Shown: positions 54,509 through 64,000, counted from the stretch's first letter. The stretch: 64,000 nt of DNA from an uncultured Chloroflexia bacterium (GCA_963825525.1 CAWGTN010000002.1:704001-768000), one strand, 5' to 3'. Notes: generated from the sequence alone by a model not told the origin. Numbers and translations are program-made.

Positions 54509-54649
54509 ATGGTCATCGCCGCACTCGTCTCGTTCGCCATCCTGCTCATCGCCTGGATCGTCGCGCCCAGCGCCTCCTCGGTCGCGGCCCCGGACACGTC
54601 GCAGTCCGACACCGACTCCCGCGCAGCCCCGGTGGCAGCCGCCCTCTGA
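54509..54649 (+). CDS. 46-aa single-TM small protein
   Basis: Below the ORF-track cutoff. MVIAALVSFAILLIAWIVAPSASSVAAPDTSQSDTDSRAAPVAAAL with a strong GGAAGGAG RBS 8 nt upstream. Confidence 0.7.
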   Translation: MVIAALVSFAILLIAWIVAPSASSVAAPDTSQSDTDSRAAPVAAAL

Positions 54650-54708
54650 ATCGGGCGACGTCGCCGATATTTCGGTCGGGGCACGCCGCGACGGCATGCC
54701 CGGAGAGG

Positions 54709-55296
54709 TCAGCTGCCGCTGGAGACGGCGTGGCCCGCCCGGTCGAACAGGGAGCCGGGCTGCCATTCGATCTCGCGATGGCGGCGGTGAAGGAGGCCCA
54801 GGACCTCGCGCTCCATCCCGCGCATGCGCTCCTCCTCGTCGATCTCGGCGTGGTCGTGACCCAGGAGATGGAGCGTGCCATGGATGGCCAGCAGCACGAG
54901 CTCTTCGACGACGCCCCAGTTGCCCTCGGCAGCCTGGCGAAGCGCCTGGTCGATGTCGATCACCACGTCCCCTAGCAGGAGCGGGCCCGGCGGTGAGATG
55001 CCGTCGTCATCGGTCAGGTGCGACTCGCGTCCGTTGAGCGCCCACTCGTGCAGGGGAAAGGAGAGGACGTCGGTCGGGCCGCGTTCGCCCATGTGGTCGA
55101 AATTCAGCCGTTCCATCTCGCCGTCGCCCGCCAGGGTCAGCTCGACTTCGGCATCCTCGATCCCGAAGGCGACCCCCACCGTTTCGCACACGGCCGACTC
55201 GAGCAGGGCAAGGGCCGCATCGGCGTCCAGGGGCTCGACCGCGTTGGCGATGCGATCGGGCCCGATGCGGTCGTGGAACCTGACCGAGCAGCCCAT
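54709..55296 (-). CDS. ybeY: rRNA maturation endoribonuclease YbeY
   Basis: PTDVLSFP, LLGDVVI and HGTLHLLGHDH. Confidence 0.93.
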   Translation of the reverse strand: MGCSVRFHDRIGPDRIANAVEPLDADAALALLESAVCETVGVAFGIEDAEVELTLAGDGEMERLNFDHMGERGPTDVLSFPLHEWALNGRESHLTDDDGISPPGPLLLGDVVIDIDQALRQAAEGNWGVVEELVLLAIHGTLHLLGHDHAEIDEEERMRGMEREVLGLLHRRHREIEWQPGSLFDRAGHAVSSGS

Positions 55297-55348
55297 GTCG
55301 ACCATCCTAGTCCCCTGACCGCCCGAGGCTCAAGGGCTCACCCCGCGG

Positions 55349-57454
55349 TCAGGCCTCTTCGCGGGCCTGTCCCAGCGGCAGCACGTTGTCCGGGTACTTG
55401 ATCCGCGAGTGGTACATCCCCAGGAGCTGGCCGACGAACGCGTCCTTGATCTGGCTGATGTTCTTCAGCGTCAGCTCCGCATCGTCCAGCTGGCCGTCTT
55501 CCACCCGCGCGTCGATGATGCGATCGACCATGCCGCGGATGCTCTCCTCGTCCTTTTCGTCGAGCGAGCGCACCGAGGCCTCAACGCCATCGGCGAGCAT
55601 GATGATGGCGGCCTCCCGGGTCTGTGGCTTGGGGCCGGGGTAGCGGTAGGTCCGCTCGTTGACGAGGTCCTCGCGACCGCCCACCTCGCGCAGTGCCTTC
55701 TGGTGGAAGTAGCTCATCACGCTCGTCCCGTGGTGCTGCGGGATGTAGCCGATGACCTGCACCGGGAGCCCGTGCTCGTAGCCGAGGTCGATGCCATCGC
55801 GGATGTGGCCGGCGATGATCCGGGCGCTCGTCTCGGCGTTGAGGTCGTCGTGGATGTTGTGGGCGCCCGCCTGGTTTTCGATGAATGCCAGCGGATTCTT
55901 CATCTTGCCGATGTCGTGGTAGTAGGCCGCCACTCGCGCCAGCAGCGGGTCGGCGCCGATCGTCTCGGCCGCGCGCTCGGCGAGGTTTCCGACCATGACA
56001 CTGTGGTGATAGGTGCCGGGCGTCTCGAGCAGGAGACGGCGAAGCAGCCGGTTCGACGGGTTGGCCAATTCGAGGAGCTGGAAGACCGTCATGATCCCGA
56101 ACACGTTGCCGAGCATCGCGAAGCTGCCGACCGCCAGGATGACCGAGAGGACGGCGTTGACGATGCCCATGCCTCCCAGCTGGACGACGGCGGCGATGTC
56201 GCGCTGCTCGAGGAGGCTGAAGGCGACGACAACGGCAACGTTGGTCGCGGCGAGCGCGGCGAAGACCCGCACAAAGGCGTTGAGTCGCTCGGCACGCGTG
56301 ATCGTCAGCAGCGCCGCGATGCCACCGGCGAGTACATAGACTGCCGGCTCGAGCGCCTCGCGGTTCATCACGCCGGTGAGGACCGCCAGCCCGATGGCCA
56401 TCGCGGCGCCGACCGAGTTCCGCAACAGGATGCCGACGAGCAGGACGCTGGCCGATGCCGGCACCGCGAACGCCCACAGCGTCCGATCGGCCGCAACCCG
56501 GACCGCCAGGGCCGAGACGACCAGGACAAGGAAGAAGAGAAGGACCGATCGGTTGCGGTGCCAGATCTCCGGCTCGAACCGAAGCAGGTAGCCGACCAGC
56601 AGGCCGGCCACCAGCAGGGCGATGAGGGCGTTGCCGACCACGGTTCCCGCCTCGACCCGAGGCCTGGTGAGTCCCAGCTCCTCCAGCTTCTCGATGTCGC
56701 CTTCGGTCAGCCGCTGACCCTCGGCCACGATCATCTCGCCGGCAAGCACCTCGACCGATACGGGCGGAATCGAGGCGCGGGCCTGGTTCCGGGCATCCGC
56801 CGTGAGCTCGTCGCTGATGATCACGTTCGGTTCGACCAGGGACGCCGCCAGATTGCCGGCCAGGGATCGCTCATCCTGGCCGAGGTCATTGGTGATGAGG
56901 TCGCGCACCGAGCTTCGCACCCGGATCACCTCGTCCTCCCTGACCGAGGTGGCCAGGGTCGTCTCGAGTGCCGATCGCGCCGCGCCGGCGACCACGTCCC
57001 AGCGGGGAATCGACATCGCGCCAACGAGATCCCGGTGCCGCACCGCGATCTCGGGCACGTCGCTGGCCAATCGGGTGATGGCCTCCTCGGCCGTGATCGT
57101 CTCCGCGTCCCGCTGCTCGAGAATGCGGGTCACGCGCCGCGCAAGCGAGTCGAACTTGGCGAGTTGGTCCGCCTGGTTGTCGGCCGGCGGCTCGAGGTTC
57201 AGGGTGACGTCCTGCACCGCCGCAGCCGCCGCGTCTCGCTCCGCCTCCGTCTCCGACAAGGAGTCGAACGTCGCATCACGCGGAGCTCGAATGTCACGCT
57301 CGGCCACTTCGCCGGCGACCAGGTTCTCCTGCCCCAGCGTGATGTTCGCCGAGAGAATGAGGAACAGGGAGGCTGCGACGATCGCGGCGACCGCCAAGGC
57401 GCGCCACACCGTGGAGCTGCCACCGGTGTCGCTGAGGGTGCGTGGAATGAACAC
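55349..57454 (-). CDS. 7TM-HD (HDIG) phosphohydrolase, PgpH-like cyclic-di-AMP phosphodiesterase family
   Basis: Extracellular domain, TM bundle, PGTYHHS, YHDIGK, QHHGT and MLADGVEA. Confidence 0.88.
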   Translation of the reverse strand: MFIPRTLSDTGGSSTVWRALAVAAIVAASLFLILSANITLGQENLVAGEVAERDIRAPRDATFDSLSETEAERDAAAAAVQDVTLNLEPPADNQADQLAKFDSLARRVTRILEQRDAETITAEEAITRLASDVPEIAVRHRDLVGAMSIPRWDVVAGAARSALETTLATSVREDEVIRVRSSVRDLITNDLGQDERSLAGNLAASLVEPNVIISDELTADARNQARASIPPVSVEVLAGEMIVAEGQRLTEGDIEKLEELGLTRPRVEAGTVVGNALIALLVAGLLVGYLLRFEPEIWHRNRSVLLFFLVLVVSALAVRVAADRTLWAFAVPASASVLLVGILLRNSVGAAMAIGLAVLTGVMNREALEPAVYVLAGGIAALLTITRAERLNAFVRVFAALAATNVAVVVAFSLLEQRDIAAVVQLGGMGIVNAVLSVILAVGSFAMLGNVFGIMTVFQLLELANPSNRLLRRLLLETPGTYHHSVMVGNLAERAAETIGADPLLARVAAYYHDIGKMKNPLAFIENQAGAHNIHDDLNAETSARIIAGHIRDGIDLGYEHGLPVQVIGYIPQHHGTSVMSYFHQKALREVGGREDLVNERTYRYPGPKPQTREAAIIMLADGVEASVRSLDEKDEESIRGMVDRIIDARVEDGQLDDAELTLKNISQIKDAFVGQLLGMYHSRIKYPDNVLPLGQAREEA

Positions 57455-57457
57455 GGG

Positions 57458-57928
57458 CTAGCCGACCAACAGCCGGCGCACGACCTCGCTCACGACGCGC
57501 CCGTCGGCCCGACCGCGCGTCTGCGGCGATATGCGGCCCATGACCCGTCCGAGGTCGCCGGGCGCCGTGGCGCCGGTCTCGGCGATGGCCTGCCGGACCA
57601 TGGCCTCGATCTCATCCTCGCTCAGCTGCTCGGGGAGGAACTCGGCGAGGATCCTTGCCTCGGCCTCCTCGGCGGCGGCACGCTCCTCTCGTCCGGCATC
57701 GCGAAACATGGCGATACTCTCGCGGCGCTGCTTCACCTGCTTCGTCAGGACGTCGACGACCTCGTCATCGGTGAGTTCCCGACGAAGCGCAATCCGCTGA
57801 TTCTGGGCAGCGGCCATCGCCATGCGGAGCGTCTGGGTCCGCTGCTCGTCGCGGGCGCGCATGGCATCCCGCATGGCGGACTCGATGCGACCGGAGAGGG
57901 TCGCGACTGCATCGGCGTCCGGCGTCAT
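57458..57928 (-). CDS. yqeY: GatB/YqeY domain protein
   Basis: KQVKQRRESI, FLPEQLS and GRADG. Confidence 0.9.
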   Translation of the reverse strand: MTPDADAVATLSGRIESAMRDAMRARDEQRTQTLRMAMAAAQNQRIALRRELTDDEVVDVLTKQVKQRRESIAMFRDAGREERAAAEEAEARILAEFLPEQLSEDEIEAMVRQAIAETGATAPGDLGRVMGRISPQTRGRADGRVVSEVVRRLLVG

Positions 57929-57983
57929 CGGTCTCGAGGTCCTCCTTGCGCCGGAGCTATGGTCTGGGGCGGGCGTCTGGCGA

Positions 57984-58163
57984 CTAGGCGCGCGAGGTTA
58001 CCTTTCGCTTCTTGGCTTCCTTGCGCTTTCGCTTCACGCTGGGCTTCTCGTAGTGCTCGCGGCGTCGTGCCTCAGCCAGAATTCCCGATTGCTGGATCTT
58101 CTTGTTGAAACGACGCAGCGCGCTTTCGAACGTCTCGTTCTCGCCCACGCGGACTTCTGCCAA
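57984..58163 (-). CDS. rpsU: 30S ribosomal protein S21
   Basis: [27 protein letters not shown] start after AAGGAGG. Confidence 0.95.
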   Translation of the reverse strand: MAEVRVGENETFESALRRFNKKIQQSGILAEARRREHYEKPSVKRKRKEAKKRKVTSRA

Positions 58164-58300
58164 ACGTCTCGCCTCCTTCCTGCTTCGATAGTCGTGCCGA
58201 TTGCATGACGGGACGACCCCGCCGGGCACGCAAGCGGTCCGCAGCGTACCAGCGAGGCCGATGAGGGTCAATCGGGCACGGCCGCTCCCGATGGCCGCGA

Positions 58301-58651
58301 TCAGCCGGGCGGCCAGCTCATGGCACGCCCGGCGAGCAGGTGGAAGTGGAGATGGAACACGCTCTGCCCGGCTCCCGCTCCGACATTGGTGACGATCCGG
58401 TAGTCGTGCAGGCCGGCGTCCTGCGCCACGGTCCGCAGCGCGCCGAACAGGGCGCCGATAAGCTCGGTGTCGTCGTCGGTCAGATCAGCAGCCGACGGCA
58501 CGTGGACGCGCGGAATGGCGAGGACGTGCGTCGGCGCCTGCGGGTTGACGTCACGGAAGACGATGATGCGGTCGTCCTCGAGAAGCCGATCCGACGGGAT
58601 CTCGCCCGCCACGATTCGGCAGAAGAGGCAGTTCGGGTCGCGTTCGGTCAT
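58301..58651 (-). CDS. HIT family protein
   Basis: [12 protein letters not shown] and [10 protein letters not shown]. Confidence 0.93.
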   Translation of the reverse strand: MTERDPNCLFCRIVAGEIPSDRLLEDDRIIVFRDVNPQAPTHVLAIPRVHVPSAADLTDDDTELIGALFGALRTVAQDAGLHDYRIVTNVGAGAGQSVFHLHFHLLAGRAMSWPPG

Positions 58652-58661
58652 GGACATGAGG

Positions 58662-59352
58662 CTAGGCGAAATCGCCGGTCCGCGACAGGATCACCGCGCC
58701 GGCCGCCACGGCGACGGTCTGCGAGCGAAGGATCCGTGGGCCGAGTCCAGCCACCACGACTCCGGCGGCGCGAGCCGCCGCCACCTCGGCATCGGTCCAG
58801 CCGCCCTCGGGGCCGACGATCACGGTGGCTGGCCGATCCACCTCGATCAGCCTGATTTCGCCCTGGCGCTCGTGGAGCAGGACGGCGCCGCGCGACAGGG
58901 ACTCCGTCAGCGCCACGGGTGACTCCACCGCCGGGACGATCCCCCGCTCCGATTGCTCCGCCGCCTCGCGCGCGATCGATCGCAGGCGCTCGAGCTTTCG
59001 ATCCGAGATCTCGCGGGCCACGCATCGCTCCGCGACCACCAACCGAAATGCAGCGATCCCGATCTCGGTGCCGTGCTGGATGACGTCCTCGAGCGCGTCG
59101 CCCTTGAGAAGGGCCTGCGCGACGGTCAGACGGTGCGTCGGCTTCGCCTCGGGTCGGCCGTCGATCGACGATGACGCAGTCGGTTCCCCGGAGCTCGCAC
59201 TCGGCCTCCATGCCATCGCCGCTGAGCAGCACGATCCGAGCACCGTCCCGCAGCCGGAGGACGCCACGTACCTGGCGCTCGATGGACGCCGGCACCGGAA
59301 ACCGATCCCCGATCAGGGCATCGGCCGCGACGAAGAAGCGGTGCGTCGTCAT
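58662..59352 (-). CDS. rsmE: 16S rRNA m3U1498 methyltransferase (frameshifted near 59142)
   Basis: MTTHRFFV..VLRLRDG in one frame and EAAEQS, VGPEGG, LGPRILR in the next. One extra base in GGC GAA G CCG. Confidence 0.9.
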
Positions 59353-60259
59353 GAGGCGTGCTCCAGCCGCAGGCTGACCCACTCGCCATCGTCCCGCCGC
59401 GCGGCGACGCGAAGTCCGGCGGCGCGCATGGCATCGATCACCTCGGGGCCGCGTGGCTCGATGATGCCGCTGGCAAGCAGCGTCCCGCGTCGTTCCGAGG
59501 TGGGCTGCCAGCCGAGGTGCGAGATCGATCAGCACCGCCGCCACCAGGTTGGCGACAGATCAGCTCGTACGGTCCGCCGCGCTCGTCGAGCGAGCCCTGC
59601 CGCACCTCGATCGCATCGGCCAGGCCGTTGCGGCTCGCATTCTCCCGGGTGGAATCCACGGCCAGCGGATCAGTGTCGAGGGCAAGCGCGTGCTCCGCTC
59701 CGAGCTTCAGGGCAGCCAGCGCAAGCACGCCTGATCCGCACCCCACGTCCAGGATGTCGGCAGGCATCGGCGAGACATCCTGCAGGAGCTCGAGGCAGCC
59801 GCGGGTCGTGGGATGAAGGCCGGTGCCGAAGGCCATGCCCGGATCGAGCACGATGACGGCGTCCGCCGGATCAGGATCCTCGGCCGGGCTCCACGACGGC
59901 CTGATCACGACGCGCCCGATGCGCTGAGGCACGTAGTGTGCCTTCCAGGCGTCGGACCACTCGGCGTCGTCCACGCGGCGGACGCCCAGGGCTCCGAGCG
60001 GTCGCAGGTCGAACGCCCGGAGGTGCCACAGAGCGCGCTCCGTGGCATCGATGGCGGCCGCGGCATCAGGCCCATCGGCAAGGTGGGCGGTCACCACGAA
60101 GCCCGCGTCGGGATCGGCACGAGCGGACAGCTCATCATCGGGGTCGCGGATCAGGCGAGTCGGATGGACCGCCGTGCCGTTTGCCACGCGCCCGAGAATC
60201 TCGGAGACGGCCTCCACGGCCTCGACGTCCGCTTCGACGGTGAGCTCGAGCCAGCGCAT
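59349..60259 (-). CDS. prmA: Ribosomal protein L11 methyltransferase (two frameshifts, near 59557 and 59496)
   Basis: DPGMAFGTGLHPTT and LDVGCGSG. VANL and GTLLASGII..DGEW are recovered after removing two single bases. Confidence 0.9.
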
Positions 60260-60270
60260 CGGCTGCGTGC

Positions 60271-61398
60271 TCAGCCGAACATGTCGCGCAGTCGGTCGAT
60301 GACGGAGCCGCTGCTCTTCGGCACCACAGGAGGCCCGCTGACCTCGCTCAGCTCCTGGAGCAGCTCTCGCTCACGCTTCCCGAGCTTCGCCGGCACCACG
60401 ACATTGACGATGACGTGCAGGTCGCCGCGGCCGGCGCCGCGCAGGCGGGGAACGCCCTTGCCGCGCAGGCGGATCTCGCGGCCGGACTGTGATCCGGCCG
60501 GGACTTCGACTTCCTCGCTGCCCTCCACGGTCGGAACCGACAGCGTTGCGCCCAGTGCGGCCTGTGGAAATGTGACGGCAAGCTCGTGGAACAGCTCGGT
60601 CCCGCGGCGCAGCAGCTCCGGGTGGGGACGCACGCTCACCGCCACGTACAGGTCGCCGCTCGGGCCGCCACGCGGGCCCGCCTCTCCCTCCCCTTCAAGC
60701 GCAATGCGCTGGCCGTCGTCGATGCCGGCCGGGATGTTGACGGTGACCGTTCGATCCTCGCGGGTCCGACCGTCACCGTTGCAGATCCCACATGGCGTGG
60801 TGATCACCGTGCCCTCGCCATGGCAGCGCGGACAGGCCACGATGTTCACCATCTGCCCCAGGATCGTCTGGGCCACTCGCCGCTTCTCGCCGCTCCCGTT
60901 GCACTCCGGGCAGGTCTCGGGCTCGGTGCCCGGTTCGCCGCCCACCCCGTCGCAGCGCGAACAGGTCACCAGGGTCGGAAAGCTGATCTCCTTGGTGATA
61001 CCGAAGACGGCCTCCTCGAAGTCGATCGCCAGGTCGTATCGCAGGTCGGCGCCGGCCACGACCCTCGTCCGACGGCGTGTCCCGGCCGGAGCCCCACCGA
61101 AGAACGCGTCGAAGATGTCGCCGAACGGCCCGAATCCACCTCCGAAGCCCTCGAAACCGCCGGCGGCGGCACCCTCGACTCCGGCGTGGCCGAACATGTC
61201 GTACGACGAGCGACGCTGCCGATCCGACAGCACCCGGTACGCCTCATTCAGCTCCTTGAATCGGTCCTCCGCGCCGTCGTTCTTGTCGACGTCGGGGTGA
61301 TGCTGCTGGGCGAGGCGACGGAATGCCCGCTTGATCTCGGCATCGTCGGCGTCTCGGGCGACCCCGAGCACCTCGTAGTAGTCACGTTTCACGGCCAT
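60271..61398 (-). CDS. dnaJ: Chaperone DnaJ
   Basis: DYYEVLGV, HPD, G/F region and four CxxCxGxG repeats. Confidence 0.97.
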   Translation of the reverse strand: MAVKRDYYEVLGVARDADDAEIKRAFRRLAQQHHPDVDKNDGAEDRFKELNEAYRVLSDRQRRSSYDMFGHAGVEGAAAGGFEGFGGGFGPFGDIFDAFFGGAPAGTRRRTRVVAGADLRYDLAIDFEEAVFGITKEISFPTLVTCSRCDGVGGEPGTEPETCPECNGSGEKRRVAQTILGQMVNIVACPRCHGEGTVITTPCGICNGDGRTREDRTVTVNIPAGIDDGQRIALEGEGEAGPRGGPSGDLYVAVSVRPHPELLRRGTELFHELAVTFPQAALGATLSVPTVEGSEEVEVPAGSQSGREIRLRGKGVPRLRGAGRGDLHVIVNVVVPAKLGKRERELLQELSEVSGPPVVPKSSGSVIDRLRDMFG

Positions 61399-61417
61399 GG
61401 CGCGCCGATCATACCAA

Positions 61418-61444
61418 CTGGCACTCAACATCGGCGAGTGCCAG
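61418..61444. promoter_or_regulatory. CIRCE element (HrcA operator)
   Basis: Perfect inverted repeat CTGGCACTC-N9-GAGTGCCAG (consensus TTAGCACTC-N9-GAGTGCTAA), just upstream of the dnaJ -10 TATGAT. Confidence 0.85.
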
Positions 61445-61491
61445 AATCTGGGCCGCCGCCGCGTGCCTGCGCAGCCCGCTACGATCCGCGG

Positions 61492-62742
61492 ATGCCCGCC
61501 ATCGCCATCTCCGCCGACCACGCACGCCGGTTCCTCGTGCTCCGGCACCTCCTGGCTCCGCCTCGGGCCCTGCCTCCGGATGCCGAATCGGTGATGACCG
61601 TGATCGGTCGACTCGGCCTCCTGCAGTTCGACCCGCTCGAGGTGCCCGGTGCACGCAACCACGACCTGGTGCTCCACGCCCGTATCGCCGGCTATCGTCG
61701 CGAGTGGTGTGAGCAGCATCTCTATGGGCCGGACCGACGGCTGATCGAGCTCTACAACAAGAGCCTCAACCTCGTGCCGATCGACGAGCTGCCCCGCTAC
61801 CGCGTGACGTGGGACCGGAACCGCGCCGAGGTCGAGGCCGGGATCCTGACCGAGCAGGCACACGTGTCGAGTGCAATCCTCGAGCGCCTGGCCGCCGACG
61901 GGCCGCTCACCACCGCGGCATTCGCCGAGCACGCGCACGCCGTCGACTGGTGGTGGGCTCCGACCCGCGCCAGCCGTGCCGTGATGGAGGCGCTCTTCGT
62001 CACCGGCCGCATCGGCATCGCACGACGCGAGGGAAATCGGCGCCACTACGACCTCATCGAACGCATCGTCCCGGCTGACCTGCTCGAGCGGCGGGAGGGC
62101 GACGAAGCCGGCATGACGCATCGGCTCCTCAGCCGTTTCCGCGCAACGGGCATGACCACGCCGACGGGGACGCAGGCCGAGGTGATGTACAGCGCCGGCT
62201 CATCGCCCGATCGGGTTCGCCGCACCGCCGAGCTGGTTGATCGCGGCGTGCTCGCCCCGGTGCAGGTCGAGGGACTGAAGGGCGACCGCTACGTGATGGC
62301 CGATGAGCTGCCGATCCTTGCCCATGCGCAGGGACCCGCCAGCATCGGCGATCCGTCCGTGGCGTTCCTGGCGCCGCTGGACCCGATCGTCTGGGATCGT
62401 CGCCTCCTCCGCGAGCTGTGGGGCTTCGACTACCTGTGGGAGGTCTACGTCCCGGAGAAGAAGCGACGCTGGGGCTACTACGTGCTCCCCATCCTGTTCG
62501 GGAACCGGCTCGTCGGCCGCATCGAGCCGCGGATCGACCGAAAGGCCGGGGTGCTCCGCATCCTTGCCATCTGGTTCGAGGACTCGTTTGCGCCGATGGA
62601 GTCGGCGGGCTTCATCCCCGCGCTGGCTGACGCCATCGAAGCCTATCGCCTCTTCGTCGGAGCGACGCGGGTCAGCTGGGCGCGAACGCGCACCTCACGC
62701 GAGATATCCGCCGCCCTGCGCGGACAGCGCCGTGGCTCCTGA
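61492..62742 (+). CDS. ycaQ: YcaQ/AlkZ-like (HTH_42) crosslink-repair DNA glycosylase
   Basis: LQFDPL (QxD), LAPLDPIVWDR and EVYVPEKKRRWGYYVLPIL. Confidence 0.85.
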   Translation: MPAIAISADHARRFLVLRHLLAPPRALPPDAESVMTVIGRLGLLQFDPLEVPGARNHDLVLHARIAGYRREWCEQHLYGPDRRLIELYNKSLNLVPIDELPRYRVTWDRNRAEVEAGILTEQAHVSSAILERLAADGPLTTAAFAEHAHAVDWWWAPTRASRAVMEALFVTGRIGIARREGNRRHYDLIERIVPADLLERREGDEAGMTHRLLSRFRATGMTTPTGTQAEVMYSAGSSPDRVRRTAELVDRGVLAPVQVEGLKGDRYVMADELPILAHAQGPASIGDPSVAFLAPLDPIVWDRRLLRELWGFDYLWEVYVPEKKRRWGYYVLPILFGNRLVGRIEPRIDRKAGVLRILAIWFEDSFAPMESAGFIPALADAIEAYRLFVGATRVSWARTRTSREISAALRGQRRGS

Positions 62743-62757
62743 CCCCATCACGACCAA

Positions 62758-63549
62758 TCAGGCTCGTTCGGCGAAGTCGACGATGATCGGGGCGTGGTCG
62801 GAAGGGATGCCCGGGTAGGTCGATGGCTTGCGTGCGTCGCGGTCTCGCTCGGCGGCAATGGCCCGCGCGGCCAGCGGCTCGGAGACGTACACGTGGTCGA
62901 TCCGCATGCCGAAGTTCTTGTGGAAATGGCCGGCGCGGTAATCCCACCAGCTGAAGAATCCGGATTCGGGATGGAATCGGCGCACGACGTCGACCATCCC
63001 CCATTCACGCAGCCTTGCCACCGCCGCCCGCTCTCGAGGGGAGACGTGGGTCGCACCATGGACGGCGTTCTCGTCCCACACGTCAATGTCCTCCGGCGCC
63101 ACGTTGTAATCGCCGCAGATCGCGATCTCGGTCGACGGCTCATGGCCGTTCAGCCAGGCCGACAGGCGAGCCAGCCACTCGAGCTTCTCGAGGTAGAACT
63201 CCGAGTCGACAACGCGTCCGTTCGGCACATAGACGTTCGCCACGCGCACGCCACCGCACGTGGCAGCCAGGAAGCGGCCGCCGTCATCGGCCCAGCCGTC
63301 AGGGGACGGAATTCCGGCGACGACGTCGTCGATCCCGACCCGTGACACGATCGCGACCCCATTCCAGCGCCCCGGACCGTGATGGACGACCTCGTATCCC
63401 AGGGCGCCGAAGTCCAACATCGGCACCTGCGCATCCGACAGCTTCGTCTCCTGCATGCACAGGATGTCGGGCTGCATGCGCTCGACCCACGCCAGGACGC
63501 GGTCGAGGCGTGCCTTGAGCGAGTTCACATTCCAGGTGGCGAGTCGCAT
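62758..63549 (-). CDS. xth: Exodeoxyribonuclease III
   Basis: TWNVNS, QETK, YVPNG, GDYNVAP, SWWDYR, RIDH and SDHAP. Confidence 0.95.
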   Translation of the reverse strand: MRLATWNVNSLKARLDRVLAWVERMQPDILCMQETKLSDAQVPMLDFGALGYEVVHHGPGRWNGVAIVSRVGIDDVVAGIPSPDGWADDGGRFLAATCGGVRVANVYVPNGRVVDSEFYLEKLEWLARLSAWLNGHEPSTEIAICGDYNVAPEDIDVWDENAVHGATHVSPRERAAVARLREWGMVDVVRRFHPESGFFSWWDYRAGHFHKNFGMRIDHVYVSEPLAARAIAAERDRDARKPSTYPGIPSDHAPIIVDFAERA

Positions 63550-63640
63550 GCGGAGAGCGTAGCGGAGCCCGCCGCACCCAGCAGGCCATACACTTCGGCG
63601 TGGGGCTCCGGCCGGACGCCCCGAATTGGAGGAACAGCCC

Positions 63641-64000
63641 ATGGCTCGCGAGTTTCGCGAATTCCTGATGCGCGGCAACGTCGTCGACCTGGCGGTTGCC
63701 GTCGTCATCGGCGCCGCGTTCGGCACCGTGGTCGCGTCGTTCGTGGCCGATATCCTGACGCCCCTGCTCGGGCTGATCGGTGTTCCAGACTTCGCGGCCG
63801 CTTCGTTCACCATCGGGGACGATGCCGAGGTCCGCTACGGCCTCTTCCTGAACGCGCTCATCGCATTCATCCTCGTTGCCGCCGCCATCTTCTTCTTCGT
63901 GGTCAAGCCGATGAACACGCTCGAGGCACGACGTCAGGCGGGAGCCGAGGTCACACCCACCACCAAGCCGTGCCCGTATTGCGCGAGCGAGATCGCCCTC
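63641..64000 (+). CDS. mscL: Large-conductance mechanosensitive channel (3' end off window)
   Basis: Read by hand: MAREFREFLMRGNVVDLAVAVVIGAAF..YGLFLNALIAF..TKPCPYCASEI. GGAGG RBS. Confidence 0.94.
   Translation, partial: MAREFREFLMRGNVVDLAVAVVIGAAFGTVVASFVADILTPLLGLIGVPDFAAASFTIGDDAEVRYGLFLNALIAFILVAAAIFFFVVKPMNTLEARRQAGAEVTPTTKPCPYCASEIAL

Noticed and set aside
55409-58108. Very long antisense ORFs (899 aa here; also 18650-21172, 24782-26542, 37663-39561, 38645-40606)
   Set aside because: They are shadows of real genes in high-GC DNA, rich in Arg/Gly/Ala and without motifs or start signals.
60586-62121. Long N-terminal extensions of dnaJ (616 aa) and ycaQ (718 aa), likewise birA, accC and proC
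   Set aside because: The extensions overlap neighbouring genes. Family N-termini and -10 boxes support the shorter starts.
61492-63549. YcaQ plus Xth as a dedicated repair operon
   Set aside because: The functions are compatible, but the genes are convergent with separate promoters and I saw no SOS box.

Overview
High-GC (about 70% by eye) bacterial chromosome segment made almost entirely of housekeeping genes. The gene content suggests Chloroflexota, which is an inference only. I saw no rRNA, tRNA, CRISPR array, prophage or IS element. Left to right: aldehyde dehydrogenase, a DsbA-like/ECF-sigma/Ogt trio, deoC, NiSOD (sodN-sodX), a 13-gene birA-ECF sigma-acc-fab cluster, trpS, Opp and Btu ABC transporters (Btu under a cobalamin riboswitch), GDP-mannose genes, proC, metK/ahcY/apt, a large ATPase-LuxR regulator, acnA, mfd, pth, amt, the dnaJ-prmA-rsmE-HIT-rpsU-yqeY-HD-ybeY block (CIRCE upstream of dnaJ), ycaQ, xth and mscL. 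The most notable item is a second BCCP-like gene in the acc/fab operon whose biotinylated lysine is replaced by glycine (EMLG instead of EAMK), resembling plant BADC regulators. It sits in an operon that also carries an ECF sigma factor, a one-TM anti-sigma-like protein and an ECF-type promoter. Other points: a 46-aa membrane peptide where glnK usually sits next to amt, a G/C-run structured leader plus operator before the LuxR gene, widespread leaderless promoters, and four single-base insertions (mfd, rsmE, prmA twice) that are probably sequencing errors.
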